A stretch of 64,000 nucleotides of DNA from Octopus sinensis (taxonomy: Eukaryota). The DNA is taken from positions 16,492,001 to 16,556,000 of the forward strand of contig NC_043007.1 in NCBI RefSeq assembly GCF_006345805.1. The letters run 5' to 3'. The notes under the pieces are model-generated. The model was not told where the DNA came from and ran no database searches. It saw only the letters and a list, made by a program, of their open reading frames with translations. Both the position numbers and the translations under genes were made by a program. Shown here in pieces: positions 24,655 to 35,752 of the stretch; position 1 is the first letter of the stretch, and the number at the start of each line of letters is the position of its first letter.

Positions 24655-25034
24655 AGCACTCCATCGGTTACGACGATGAGGGTTCCGGTTGATCCGATCA
24701 ACGGAACAGCCTGCTCATGAAATTAACGTGTAAGTGGCTGAGCACTCCACAGACACGTGTACCCTTAACGTAGTTCTCGGGGATATTCAGCGTGACACAG
24801 AGAGTGACAAGGCCGGCCCTTTGAAATACAGGTACAACAGAAACAGGAAGTAAGAGTGAGAGAAAGTTGTGGTGAAAGAGTACAGCAGGGATCACCACCA
24901 CCCCCTGCCGGAGCCTCGTGGAGCTTTAGGTGTTTTCGCTCAATAAACACTCACAACGCCCGGTCTGGGAATCGAAACCGCGATCCTACGACCGCGAGTC
25001 CGCTGCCCTAACCACTGGGCCATTGCGCCTCCAC
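24655..25034 (-). mobile_element. tRNA-derived SINE S2, full length
   Basis: About 97% identical (roughly 11 differences by eye) to the 19483 copy, in reverse orientation. Confidence 0.92.
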
Positions 25035-25683
25035 AGAATGGTAAGCAGGGAAGAAAAAGAATAGCATAAACCTGCAAATTGGTGGTTGTTGTTGTTATTG
25101 TATAACCCAGGTTAATCCCAATTTGAACAGACTAATGATGAAAGATATTCAGGCTTTGACCAACCTATGTTTGTTTCAGATCTAATGTACATATAGAACT
25201 GCATTATCTTGCATACAACATGTTTCCTTCACTTTTTGAAACGGTAGAATGTGATTTGAAAACGATTCTCTGCTATTTTTAGCTTAGCTTTTAAGCTCAT
25301 TGACAGGTTATAAGTGTCACACTAAAAAAACCTTACATTATCTATTCCATTGTTCTTTATTCCTATTTCAAGAATTTAATGGTTGGATAAGTGCCTACTG
25401 CTACTGTTGTTGTTGCCCGGGGGCTCAGTTCTGACCTGTGTACATATTGTGGCTTGGTATGAACAAATAAATACTATAGAGCCAATGCACTGATTTTACC
25501 AGGGACCTCTAATGCTGCTATGGTGGCCCTGCATTTAAGGCCATGCTGGTGCACTGTTCCATATATAAGAGGTGTACTCTGATTTGAGTTAAAGTTGAGG
25601 TGGAAGTTATTCAAAAGTGAAATAGTTCCTCACTCAGAAGTGGGAATTTAAGCATTTCGAATGCAATATTTAGTATATTTTAT

Positions 25684-26148
25684 AGGTGTAGGACTGGCTG
25701 TGTGATAATAGCTTGTTTACCAACCACATGGTTCTGGGTTTAGTCCCACTGCGTGGCATCTTGGTCAAGTGTCTTCTACTATAGCCTCGGGCCGACCAAA
25801 GCTTTGTGAGTGGATTTGGTAGACGGAAACTGAAAGAAGCCCGTCGTATATATGTATGTATGTGTGTGTATATGTTTGTCCCTCCAACATTGCTTTACAA
25901 CTGATGCTGGTGTGTTTACATCCCCGTAACTTAGCTATTCGGCAATGTTTGTGTCTGTGTTTGTCCCTCCAACATCGCTTGACAACTGATGCTGGTGTGT
26001 TTACATCCCCGTAACTTAGCTATTCGGCAAAAGAGACTGATAGAATAAGTACTAGGCTTCCAAAGAATAAGTCCTGGGGTCGATTCGCTCGACTAAAGGC
26101 GGTGCCCCAGCATGGCTGCGGTCAAACGACTGAAGCAAGTAAAAGAGA
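25684..26148 (+). mobile_element. SINE S1 with an internal 73-bp duplication
   Basis: Same family as 17082; segments 25873-25945 and 25958-26030 are duplicated. Confidence 0.88.
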
Positions 26149-26225
26149 GTATAGTGAATAAGCTTATTATAAACACTAAACTCAAGAAAACTGCTACAGC
26201 AAACCATATCTTTTTTTTCTTTCAG

Positions 26226-26252
26226 TTCGTCCAGATGACCATGTATTCCTAA
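26226..26252 (+). CDS. CAPN: Calpain terminal coding exon
   Basis: Long pyrimidine tract + cag, FVQMTMYS-TAA; resembles the typical calpain C-terminus (W/F)LQLTMY. Confidence 0.92.
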   Translation, partial: FVQMTMYS

Positions 26253-29200
26253 AGGAAATGCAATGAAGTATCCATCACCAACCAACGTCTATTACTGTTG
26301 CTTATATACATATATATATACGTATATATATATGTATAACTGTGTCTTTTTTGTCATGTCTGTTTTGTAGTAAGTTTTTTGATAAATCACAAAGATGTAT
26401 TATTGAAGACCAGCAAACTTCTGTACATAACATATTGCTGGCTTCTCAATAAACCATAGCATCATATTTTTCTATTCTTAATATCTCCTCTTCATACTGT
26501 AATAACACAAGAATCTCTGCATTTGATAATGTTTCAGAGGTTTGCTTCGTTCGCTACTTCTGAAACTTGGAATTAATTATTGCATTGCCTGTGATTTTGA
26601 TTTCTCATCAATGTGTTTGTCCATGATTTAAAAGAAAAAAGGAAAAAAAATCGAACAAAAAATAACCCATGGTTATGTTATTCGTTTGTGTGGTAAACAA
26701 TTACAACCGTTTTCCAATGTTAAAATGATCTTCGTCTAACACTGTTATGTTGCCATCAATGTAATAAAACATGGCGCTTTTATTTATGATAATTTACCTG
26801 TTTGGTGATGGTACAGTTTTTTGTTTTTTTTCTCAGCAGTTATGTCCAACTATTTTTCACTCATGGAAAAATCATCAAAAAAATAATTATTCTATTGAAT
26901 CTTTTCCATTTTTTTTTTTTTTAGAGAATTATTCTTCTTAATATCCTGAATTATTTTGATTATCATTATTATTATTATTTTTTATTAAAATTATTATTAT
27001 TATCAACAATGTTAAAAATGATCACTGCAGAAACTATGCAAAAAAGCTAGCTGGCCGTTGCCCGCAAAGTGTTCCAGCAAAGACACTTTTGCCAGAGGCC
27101 TTTCAGTGCCACAGACTTCTGAAGCACTTTCTCTTTCCTTCTCAATAATAATATAGTTAGAATTTAGTTTAGTCAAATTATACCTTTTAAAAAGAAAAAA
27201 AACCTACTAAAATATTTAAAATTTACACAGTAATTATTTTCTCCGTTAAATTTTTCATATATTTGTAGTTGTTCTCCGAAATTTATATTTTAAAAATATT
27301 TCTTTATTGTAATTGCATGATTGCACATACCTTTAGTAAAAAAAATATCCGTCAGAGAATATATCTCTGGATATCTCTTCAGCAATATCCTTCACTATAA
27401 TCTACTTTTATTAGATATTTTTCCATATTATATCACCTAGCCTAACCTTATATCTATTATATTGTGCTTCTTATATTTAACTACTTTACCTTCAATCTTT
27501 GATGCAATGATAATCTTACTCCACAGTCTTGTCCTAATTCAAATTAAGACTTTTTTTTCGCTAACGAATGATCTTAAAGATATTTACTAATGTAAATAGC
27601 GATATGAGATAAAGCCATTTAAAATACTCTTTTGTTCTCAAAAGACTGTACTAGCAGGGTGCAAGAATTTAACTGCCCTTTGTCGTCTACAGTTCAAAGA
27701 CAAAAAATAAAATAAAGATTTGGCTATATACCTTTACATTCTGTGTTCAAATCCCGCCCGGGTCTACTTTGCCTTTCATACTTTCGAGGTCAATAAAATA
27801 AGTATGAGTGTCGAATTAATCGACTGTTCTGTAGAAGGCGGTGTTCCAGCATGGCCGCAGTCCAATGACTGAAACCAGTAAGAAAATAAAGGAATAACCA
27901 AAATCCTACTCCATTTCTCTATTCTGGAGATAAATAATTTTTTTTCTAATCTACTTCCATTTCCTCTATTTCTTGTGTTTCATTAGGAAACATGAACAAA
28001 ATGAGGTCTAAAGATGTTAAACCTTATAACAAATGTGAAGTATAAAGTGCAAACTACTTAATTTAACTAAAGTTCTCAAACAGTTCTATGGAGGAATTAA
28101 ATGATTTTCTTTTATGATTCATCATGGATTATATATATAATATAATATATATATATGTATATATATAAGTATAAAAGCTGACTTCCTACTTAATATTTTT
28201 ACCATTACTGTTAATTTAAGTTACAGACAGCCTAAATTTCTCTAATTAACTGTTTCTATTAAAACTAATATGATTGCATCTGTTTTACTCAACCCAAGAG
28301 TATTCCATCCAAATTTCTCAAGAATGTTACTCTAAATTTTGGTTTCTTTGTATAAAAATCCACTCTCTAGTATCCTGCCATTTAGGAAGACTTATCAAGG
28401 CTTTTCCAAAACTTACTTCTTCAAGTGCCTTATCATACAAGAATTTTATACGCTATTTACTTCTTACTTCTGCATGAAACTATCATCAATATTATAATAA
28501 TAATAATTATTATTATTATTGTTATTACTATTATTACTTGTATCATTATTATTAATATTATTAAAACTACAAAGATTCAGTAGTATACATAAGGCTTGTC
28601 TAAACTGCTTGTCTGTAGCTGTTTTCACATTTCAGTATAAAGCGATTTATGTGTTTTAATCATTGTTATACTAATCTTATTGTCCCTCAGACTATTTTTC
28701 AATCTGTTGCTACTGGTTATTTTAATCTAATAACATTATTTAAAAAGGTTATGCATATTATTAACTTGTCCCAAAAAAACAAGTATTAACAATATATTTT
28801 TCTCTTTATCATTTGTTTTCAAACTGCTCCTCTTGGATTTATATTGTTATTTAATTTTAAATATTATATATATAATATGTATGGGATACATATAATTTTA
28901 TTGTATGTTTGTTTCTCTCTTTTTTTCTTAGATCAGTTTTTAACTTGTTTTCTCGTACACTTCCCCGGCCCCATTTTATTATTTTATTTAGCATTTAAAA
29001 TGAAACACAGGAAAGGTGTTTTGATATCATGAAATATTTCCAAATATTTTTTTGATTGCACACTTCTATAAAAAAAATATATTTTTCTTTTAATTTTTAA
29101 TGGCAAAGACTGCTGTAAAATATGTCGCCATACACACATAAAAAAAGACAAAAAAGAAACAGAAAAACTATCTCCCCACCCATTTTTCTTTAGAGATATT

Positions 29201-30853
29201 TTCTATAGCTCAGTTGTATTTTTTTCCTCCCATTTAACTAAAAAAAGCTGTTGATATCTTTAAACTGCTTATTTTATCACATATTCAAATACAATGACTC
29301 GTTATATCACAGTTAATTAATAGCAATAGTTTCATTAACTTTAGTTACAGTTAATAACTGTTTCTAAATTATAATTTTATCTTTATAACACATTATTATT
29401 ATTATTATTATTGAGTCCTTTTTGTTCTCTCTAGTTAATTTTCTTGGAACATTAATATTAAAACATTAAAAACTTCATATTATCATTGACATACATATAA
29501 TTACACACAATTTGTGGATAATAGTTAATATAACATAATCTGTTATACACAAGTTACTTAGAAGCCAATAAATTACACACACACATTCATAATATATATA
29601 TGCATATACAAATAGTATTACGGACATATATCATGCATCTATTATTGGAATAATCTTTATATACCCTACACTAGAAACTGAAGAGTTTGTCTCAAGATAA
29701 AACACGAAACAAACTATACACTCATGAAAATAAGCTGGCATCTGACGAAATGTCAAGCATTCTTATACTTTCTGTCTCATTTGCATTTCCAATTGTTTAA
29801 ACATCATGAAAAGGAAAAAGGGTATCAAGAAAAAAAAAAAAGCAGAATATTGTATCTCAGATCTATATAGTCAACCTAAAGTGTGACTCTAAGACTTTGT
29901 AGCATTCAGTGTAGAACCCTGAAAAAAAGTCTGAATTTCAACAAAAAAATTTTATTTCTTTTTTTAGAAACAATTTTTTTTGATTATTGAATTTTAAAGA
30001 ATCTCATAGAAAGAATTATCAATGAGGGACTTAAGTTTCCTTCGAATGATATTGGATCACTGATAGTAAAGTCGTCAGTTTAGCCCATGGAAGCATATTA
30101 CCCACACAGGCTTCATTTATAACTACCTGATCAGCCACAAGGGAGAACATTCAATTATAGATGCACTTTTGTATGGAGCCAACATCAGACATCAATGTCG
30201 ATTAAAAAGCCTTAAAAATTCACTCTGATACTGGCCTACGGTAATAGCATAGTGGATAAAGGCATTGGTTAATTGCAGTGCAGACACTTGTAGAAGGCTG
30301 GAGCATACAATAGCTGCGATGTAGTGAAAGTAACAAACAAAATAAAGACATCGCTACAACTGGTAGATGCACTTATTTCAACTTTTAATAATTTCAAATT
30401 CTGATACAGCCCACAGAAACAAATGCATATAAAACACCAAGCACTAGACTTACCATAATAGTAATTTTAATTACAGCACTAACTCACCTGCCTACAACTT
30501 TTTGTTGAAACTTTTATAAATGCTCAATTATTTCACAATCATGAGATGCAGTAGTCAGGTTGTTGAAGGTTGTGAACTCAAGATCACTGTGTGTTGCAAG
30601 TTCAAATCCTACTGCATTGTTTCCTTAAGCAAGACACTCAACTCAACCTGTCTAAGGCTTCTTGCTAATTAAGGTATATTATTTTAAGTGCTTTCTTTGT
30701 TTTTATAAACCCTATGTAATTTTTTGTATTGTGTATGTATATTGTGTGTGTGTATATATATATATATGTATAAATTCACACGTATACAATACTACAATAC
30801 ATTTTATTGCGTGTCATTTAATTATTACAATTGTTTGAATTTTTTTTTTATGC

Positions 30854-30898
30854 AATAAAATTATTTACAATTATTGTTTTGATTATTACATGAATAAA
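30854..30898 (+). terminator. Candidate distal calpain poly(A) signals
   Basis: AATAAA at 30854 and 30893, with UGUA motifs upstream and a U/GU-rich tract downstream; proximal AATAAA also at 26448 and 26763. Confidence 0.35.
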
Positions 30899-31249
30899 GT
30901 TATTAACTATTCATTGTTTTAGTGACTTCATTTCAATTTATAGAAACAGTTCCGAATTTGTGGGTATTTATCTCTTGCAAGAACTGTATGAATTTTAACA
31001 AAACAGTTGCACATTATTTATCAGGGCTGAAAAATGAATACTTATGCTTATTAAATCATTTTTTTTTTCTGTTGTTGTTTTTAGTGTTAGTTCAGTTGCT
31101 CCAATATATATTTTAGGTTCATCTGTTTCTACTTTGTTGCTATATATTATCAATTTTGCCAAACAGCTACCATCTAATGGGCAATTCTGATAAATTCTAG
31201 AGTTATGGAACAGCTATTAGCCTATCTTTTCATTCAGCTTTAAAGCATT

Positions 31250-31635
31250 ACTAGCAGTATCACCCGGCATTGCTTGGGTTTGTTTCGATCCTTTAGAATT
31301 GGAATTTTTGAAAAGTAAAAATGTTGCATTATGTAGCCTGTTATTCTCTTTAAGTGAACATTTCTCTGGTTGAAATACACTGAAAAATGGCAACACAGCA
31401 GTCAAAAAATCGTTAAAAATAGGGATTTTCATAGAAAAAAAAGCACCTTTTTGATGTAAATAATTTTTGGTGTTAACATGGTCCAATTTTAATTTTTTCT
31501 TCTACGGAAGGAAGAGCAAGCCTTCTTCTATCTCAATTTTGGTCAACTTGCGCTGCAGGGTTCTCGGAGGAGATAGTGTTAGTTGAAGGCTACCAAACCC
31601 ACCATACACAGACAACTTCAGCTTTATATAGAGAT
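31250..31635 (+). mobile_element. Helitron/Helentron-like element, paralog of 23224
   Basis: Colinear, high similarity to 23224-23620. Confidence 0.7.
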
Positions 31636-31980
31636 CACAACCAAAATTCTTACAAGCTGAATAACAAACCTTAACACATTTCTATTTTAATATCTTACAA
31701 TAGTTAAGTGGAAACTTGCTACAGGTGAGCAAGAGAAATTTTGAGAAAGAACTCTCACCTAACAAGTGTTTTGGCCCATTTGTTCCTGATACTTTAGGGG
31801 AGCTGGACCTACCTCGATAGTGACTCCCAAGTGTCTTCCTCACGTTATTTAAATGTCATTTTTAGTGGTTCTTGAACTCAGAACCTTTGAGCAAGCTTAT
31901 TGCATGACCACAAAGATCACTGAATGGATTTGCACTCTTTCAAACTGAGTTTCCTCCCTCCTGTGTTGAACGGCTTTCTT

Positions 31981-32160
31981 AGGCGGTGAGCTGGCCGAAA
32001 TGCGTAGCCGTATTTCGTCTGTCGTTACGTTCCGAGTTCAAATTCCACCGAGGTCAACTTTGCCTTTCATCCTTTCGGAGTCGATGAATTAAGTACCAGT
32101 TACGCACTGGGGTCGATGTAATCGACATGTGTTCAGCCCCTTGTGGGTAGTAAAGAAATA
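31981..32160 (+). mobile_element. SINE S4 (internally deleted)
   Basis: aggcggtgagctgg...gagttcaaattcc...gcctttcatcctttcgg. Other copies: 54243-54440(+), 13588-13800(+), 27715-27890(+), 18940-19075(-). Confidence 0.8.
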
Positions 32161-32229
32161 CGTATTTTTTTTTCAGTTCTATCCATCATTTCTTTTCACC
32201 CACAACCACATTGAGCATGTCACAGTTGT

Positions 32230-32520
32230 CCGACAGGTTCACCATCAGATTCTGAATTGCTGAATTGGCCAAGTAGTTAACACATGGACGCTGTGACAAA
32301 CCCCCTTGTGCCAACTTCCGGCCTGCTTTTACTGTGTAACAGTACTCCTCTTTTATTTGTTCTTTCAAAAAGTCATTGTACTCCCTCGTCTTGAATTAAT
32401 GTTGTTCATCAGTTCAGTTCTCCTGACAGACTGTCTGTTCAATTAAGATGATTCTAAGCACCTGATTTTGACCATAGGACAATATCTGGTCTTTGTCCTT
32501 TGATACTGACAAAATTAGGA
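32230..32520 (-). mobile_element. Fossil non-LTR retrotransposon, REL-endonuclease region (HERO/NeSL-like)
   Basis: QRPDIVLWSKS / RIILIEQTVCQEN..., with a frameshift and stops; resembles RPDIVLWS...ILVELTVPWEEN. Confidence 0.55.
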
Positions 32521-32820
32521 TAGTTTCTACTATATTTTTGCCCTGGCAGGAAATGGCAATCTATTAGATGAAAGAACTTCCTAGATATATTAGTTCTTAA
32601 AAGCACATATATACAAATAACACAATTTCGTAATGATAGTTCTTAGAGTAATCTTGCTCGTTTGAAATTTAAGACACTTGGAGTATTCCCACAGGAGCTA
32701 AAAGTAAAATGAAAAATATGAACTGGTAAGGCCCTTTTGCACATGTCGCTTGAAAGGGGTTTTTTTTTTTTTTGCTTTTTTATTTTTTCAAATATAAAGA
32801 TAAGCATTTTGTTTTATATA

Positions 32821-33210
32821 CTCTTTACTCGTTTCAGTCATTTGACTGCGGCCATGCTGGAGCACCGCCTTTTAGTCGAGCAAATCGACCCCGGGACTCA
32901 TTCTTTGTAAGCCCAGTACTTATTCTATCGGTCTCCTTTGCCAAACCACTAAGTGACGGGGACATAAACACACCAGCATCGGTTGTCAAGCAATGCTAGG
33001 GGGACAAACACAGACACACACATATATATATATATATGCATATATACAACAGGCTTCTTTCAGTTTCTGTCTACCAAATCCACTCACAAGGCATTGGTCG
33101 GCCTGGGGCTATAGCAGAAGACACTTGCCCAAGATGCCACGCAGTGGGACTGAACCCGGAACCATGTGGTTGGTTAGCAAGCTACTTACCACACAGCCAC
33201 TCCTGCGCCT
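32821..33210 (-). mobile_element. SINE S1
   Basis: Reverse complement of the S1 head and tail. Confidence 0.9.
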
Positions 33211-33851
33211 TATATATTTCAAAATATATTCAAACAAGACAATTCATGAGAAAACAAGCTTGGATTTCCAGCTGAACTATTGGAAAACTGAAACTGTGAA
33301 TGCCAGAATTGTGAGCATTTCAGCTGAGTGGTTCACTGGTAAAAAGTGGAAAATTTTGCATGGACATTGCCCAATCAATACATCGCCACTACAAAAATTG
33401 AGCTCACATTTTTACCTCGAATAGTATTTACTCATTGCTGTAGATAAATAAATAAAAGAATAAAAAGACCCTGCAACTTTTAAATGACACCTGGACAAAT
33501 TCCTTCAAGAACACCAGAAAAACTGAGAAATGCCAAGCTCAGGATACATTTCCTCTTAAGTACCTTCTTACTTGGCTGAGCTATCATGTCCCAAAACGTG
33601 ATATATGGTAAAGAAGGCATTAATATAGTGGTTGTAGCAATCCAAGAAATTTTAATTTAAATTACACTTATTGGAGAGAAAGAATCATAATGACTGATTT
33701 TGGTAAAAATATAAAAGTGACAATCCCAGAAATTAAATTAAAAAAGGTGCAATGTGGAGATGTTTGATTTTAGCCTTACAGTGACAACTCCAGTCAGGTT
33801 CTGGGTTTATTAGAACTCATCAGTGAAGCATGGTCTATTATTTACCAGATC

Positions 33852-34170
33852 CTTTTTACTTGTTTCAGTCATTTGACTGTGGCCATGCTGGAGCACCACC
33901 TTTAGTCGAGCAAATCGACCCCAGGACTTATTCTTTGTAAGCCCAGTACTTATTCTATCAGTCTCTTTTGCCAAACCGCTAAGTTACAGGGATGCAAACA
34001 CACCAGCATCGGTTGTCAAGCGATGTTGGATGGGGACAAACAGACACACAAATATATATATATACGTATATACAAGCTTCTTTCAGTTTCCATCTACCAA
34101 ATCCACTCACAAGGCTTTGGTTGACCCAAGGCTATAGTAGAAGACACTTGCCCAAGGTGCCATGCAGTGG
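33852..34170 (-). mobile_element. SINE S1, head truncated
   Basis: Similarity to S1 ends at gtgccatgcagtgg. Confidence 0.85.
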
Positions 34171-34613
34171 GTGTTTATGTGTGTATATATATATAAACAC
34201 GCGCATATATATGGTGTGAGTTGATGTCTCCTGGTCTTGACACAGCATGATAATTACAAAAAAGCATTAACCATCATACAGCACTGTCTCATGAAAGACA
34301 CACCTGGCCATTGGAAATATTACCTTGCTTGGAAACAGTTGAGAGCTATTGGAAGAAAGGGAATCCAGCAGTAGAAAACCTGCTCCTGCAAACTCCATGT
34401 GAGCATGGAAAAATGGATGTTAGAATGATGATAAATATCAGCCACAGTAACTCCACTCACAGACTGATTTCAGAAGCATCCCAAGTATTCATGAAATTCT
34501 TTTTCATGGGGTGTGTGTGTGTGAAACTGCTGTCCGTCACATCAAGAGCCATCTCAAAGAAGCTTCAAATGTTGACACAGCTCTCAGAGGATCTCTCACA
34601 TATATCTTGTTTT

Positions 34614-34962
34614 CATCATCATCGTTTAACGTCCGCTTTGCATGCTAGCATAGGTTGGACGATTCAACTGGGGTCTGGGAAGCCAGAAGGCCGCACCAGG
34701 CTCCAGTCTGATCTGGCAGTGTTTCTACAGCTGGATGCCCTTCCTAACGCCAACCACTCTGAGAGTGTAGTGGGTGCTTATTACGTGCCACTGGCACGGG
34801 GGCCAAACGAGGCTGGCAACAACCACAATCAGATGGTGCTTTTTACTTGCCACCGGCACGGAGGCCAGTAGGGGCGGCACTGGCAACGGCCACGTTCGGA
34901 TGGTTCCCTTACATGCCACTGGCATCACAGCTACAATTTCCATTGATGTTAATCGATTTTGA
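34614..34962 (-). mobile_element. SINE S3
   Basis: Reverse complement of the S3 core and tail. Confidence 0.85.
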
Positions 34963-35407
34963 TTTATAGGAGACAAAGCCTATTGAAATAGGATTTAATG
35001 AAATTGGCAATAAGTAACTAGTTACATACTTGTTTATAGTAGTAGCATAGCTGGAGGAGGGGTACTTTGTGGGGTTTGTAGTATAAGCCTGTGTAGGGAG
35101 CATGACACACTCTAGATATGCAACTGGTTTGCAGAACATCTACACTACTTGCAAGGCAGGAAATTTACAATCCATACAAGTCAAACCAGACCAACAGTTC
35201 TTAGGGAACTGTGGGACTTGGATTATCTCAACTTACTTTGGATATTTGATAAATCATGGATGAGAACAATACCGAGGCTGATGCATTTTCACAACCTGGT
35301 GCTCTACACAACCTCATGTATTGATCTCACATGAATGGCCAATGAGGAACTTGTCTCATTGATAAAGGTGTGATACATTACATAGATTACCATGTACATC
35401 TCTTGAC

Positions 35408-35752
35408 TCTCTTCTATTTGTTTCAGTCATTTGACTGTGGCCATGCAGGAGCACTGCCTTTAGTCAAGCAAATCAACCTCAGGACTTATTCTATCAGTCT
35501 CCTTTGCCAAACCGCTAAGTTACAGGGACGTAAACACACCAGCATCGGTTGTAAAGGACAAACACAGACACACAAACATATATATATACTATGGGCCTCT
35601 TTCAGTTTCCGTCCACCAAATCCACTCACAAAGCTTTCGTCGGCCCAAGGCTATAGTGGAAGACACTTGCCCAAGGTGCCACGCAGTGGGACTGAACTCA
35701 GAACCATGTGGTTGGTAAGCAAGCTACTTACCACACAGCCACTCCTACGCCT
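35408..35752 (-). mobile_element. SINE S1 with internal deletions
   Basis: S1 head and tail recognisable. Confidence 0.85.

Noticed and set aside
34311-34871. 186-aa ORF
   Set aside because: Runs through a SINE tail fragment and an antisense S3 SINE; no protein-like coherence.
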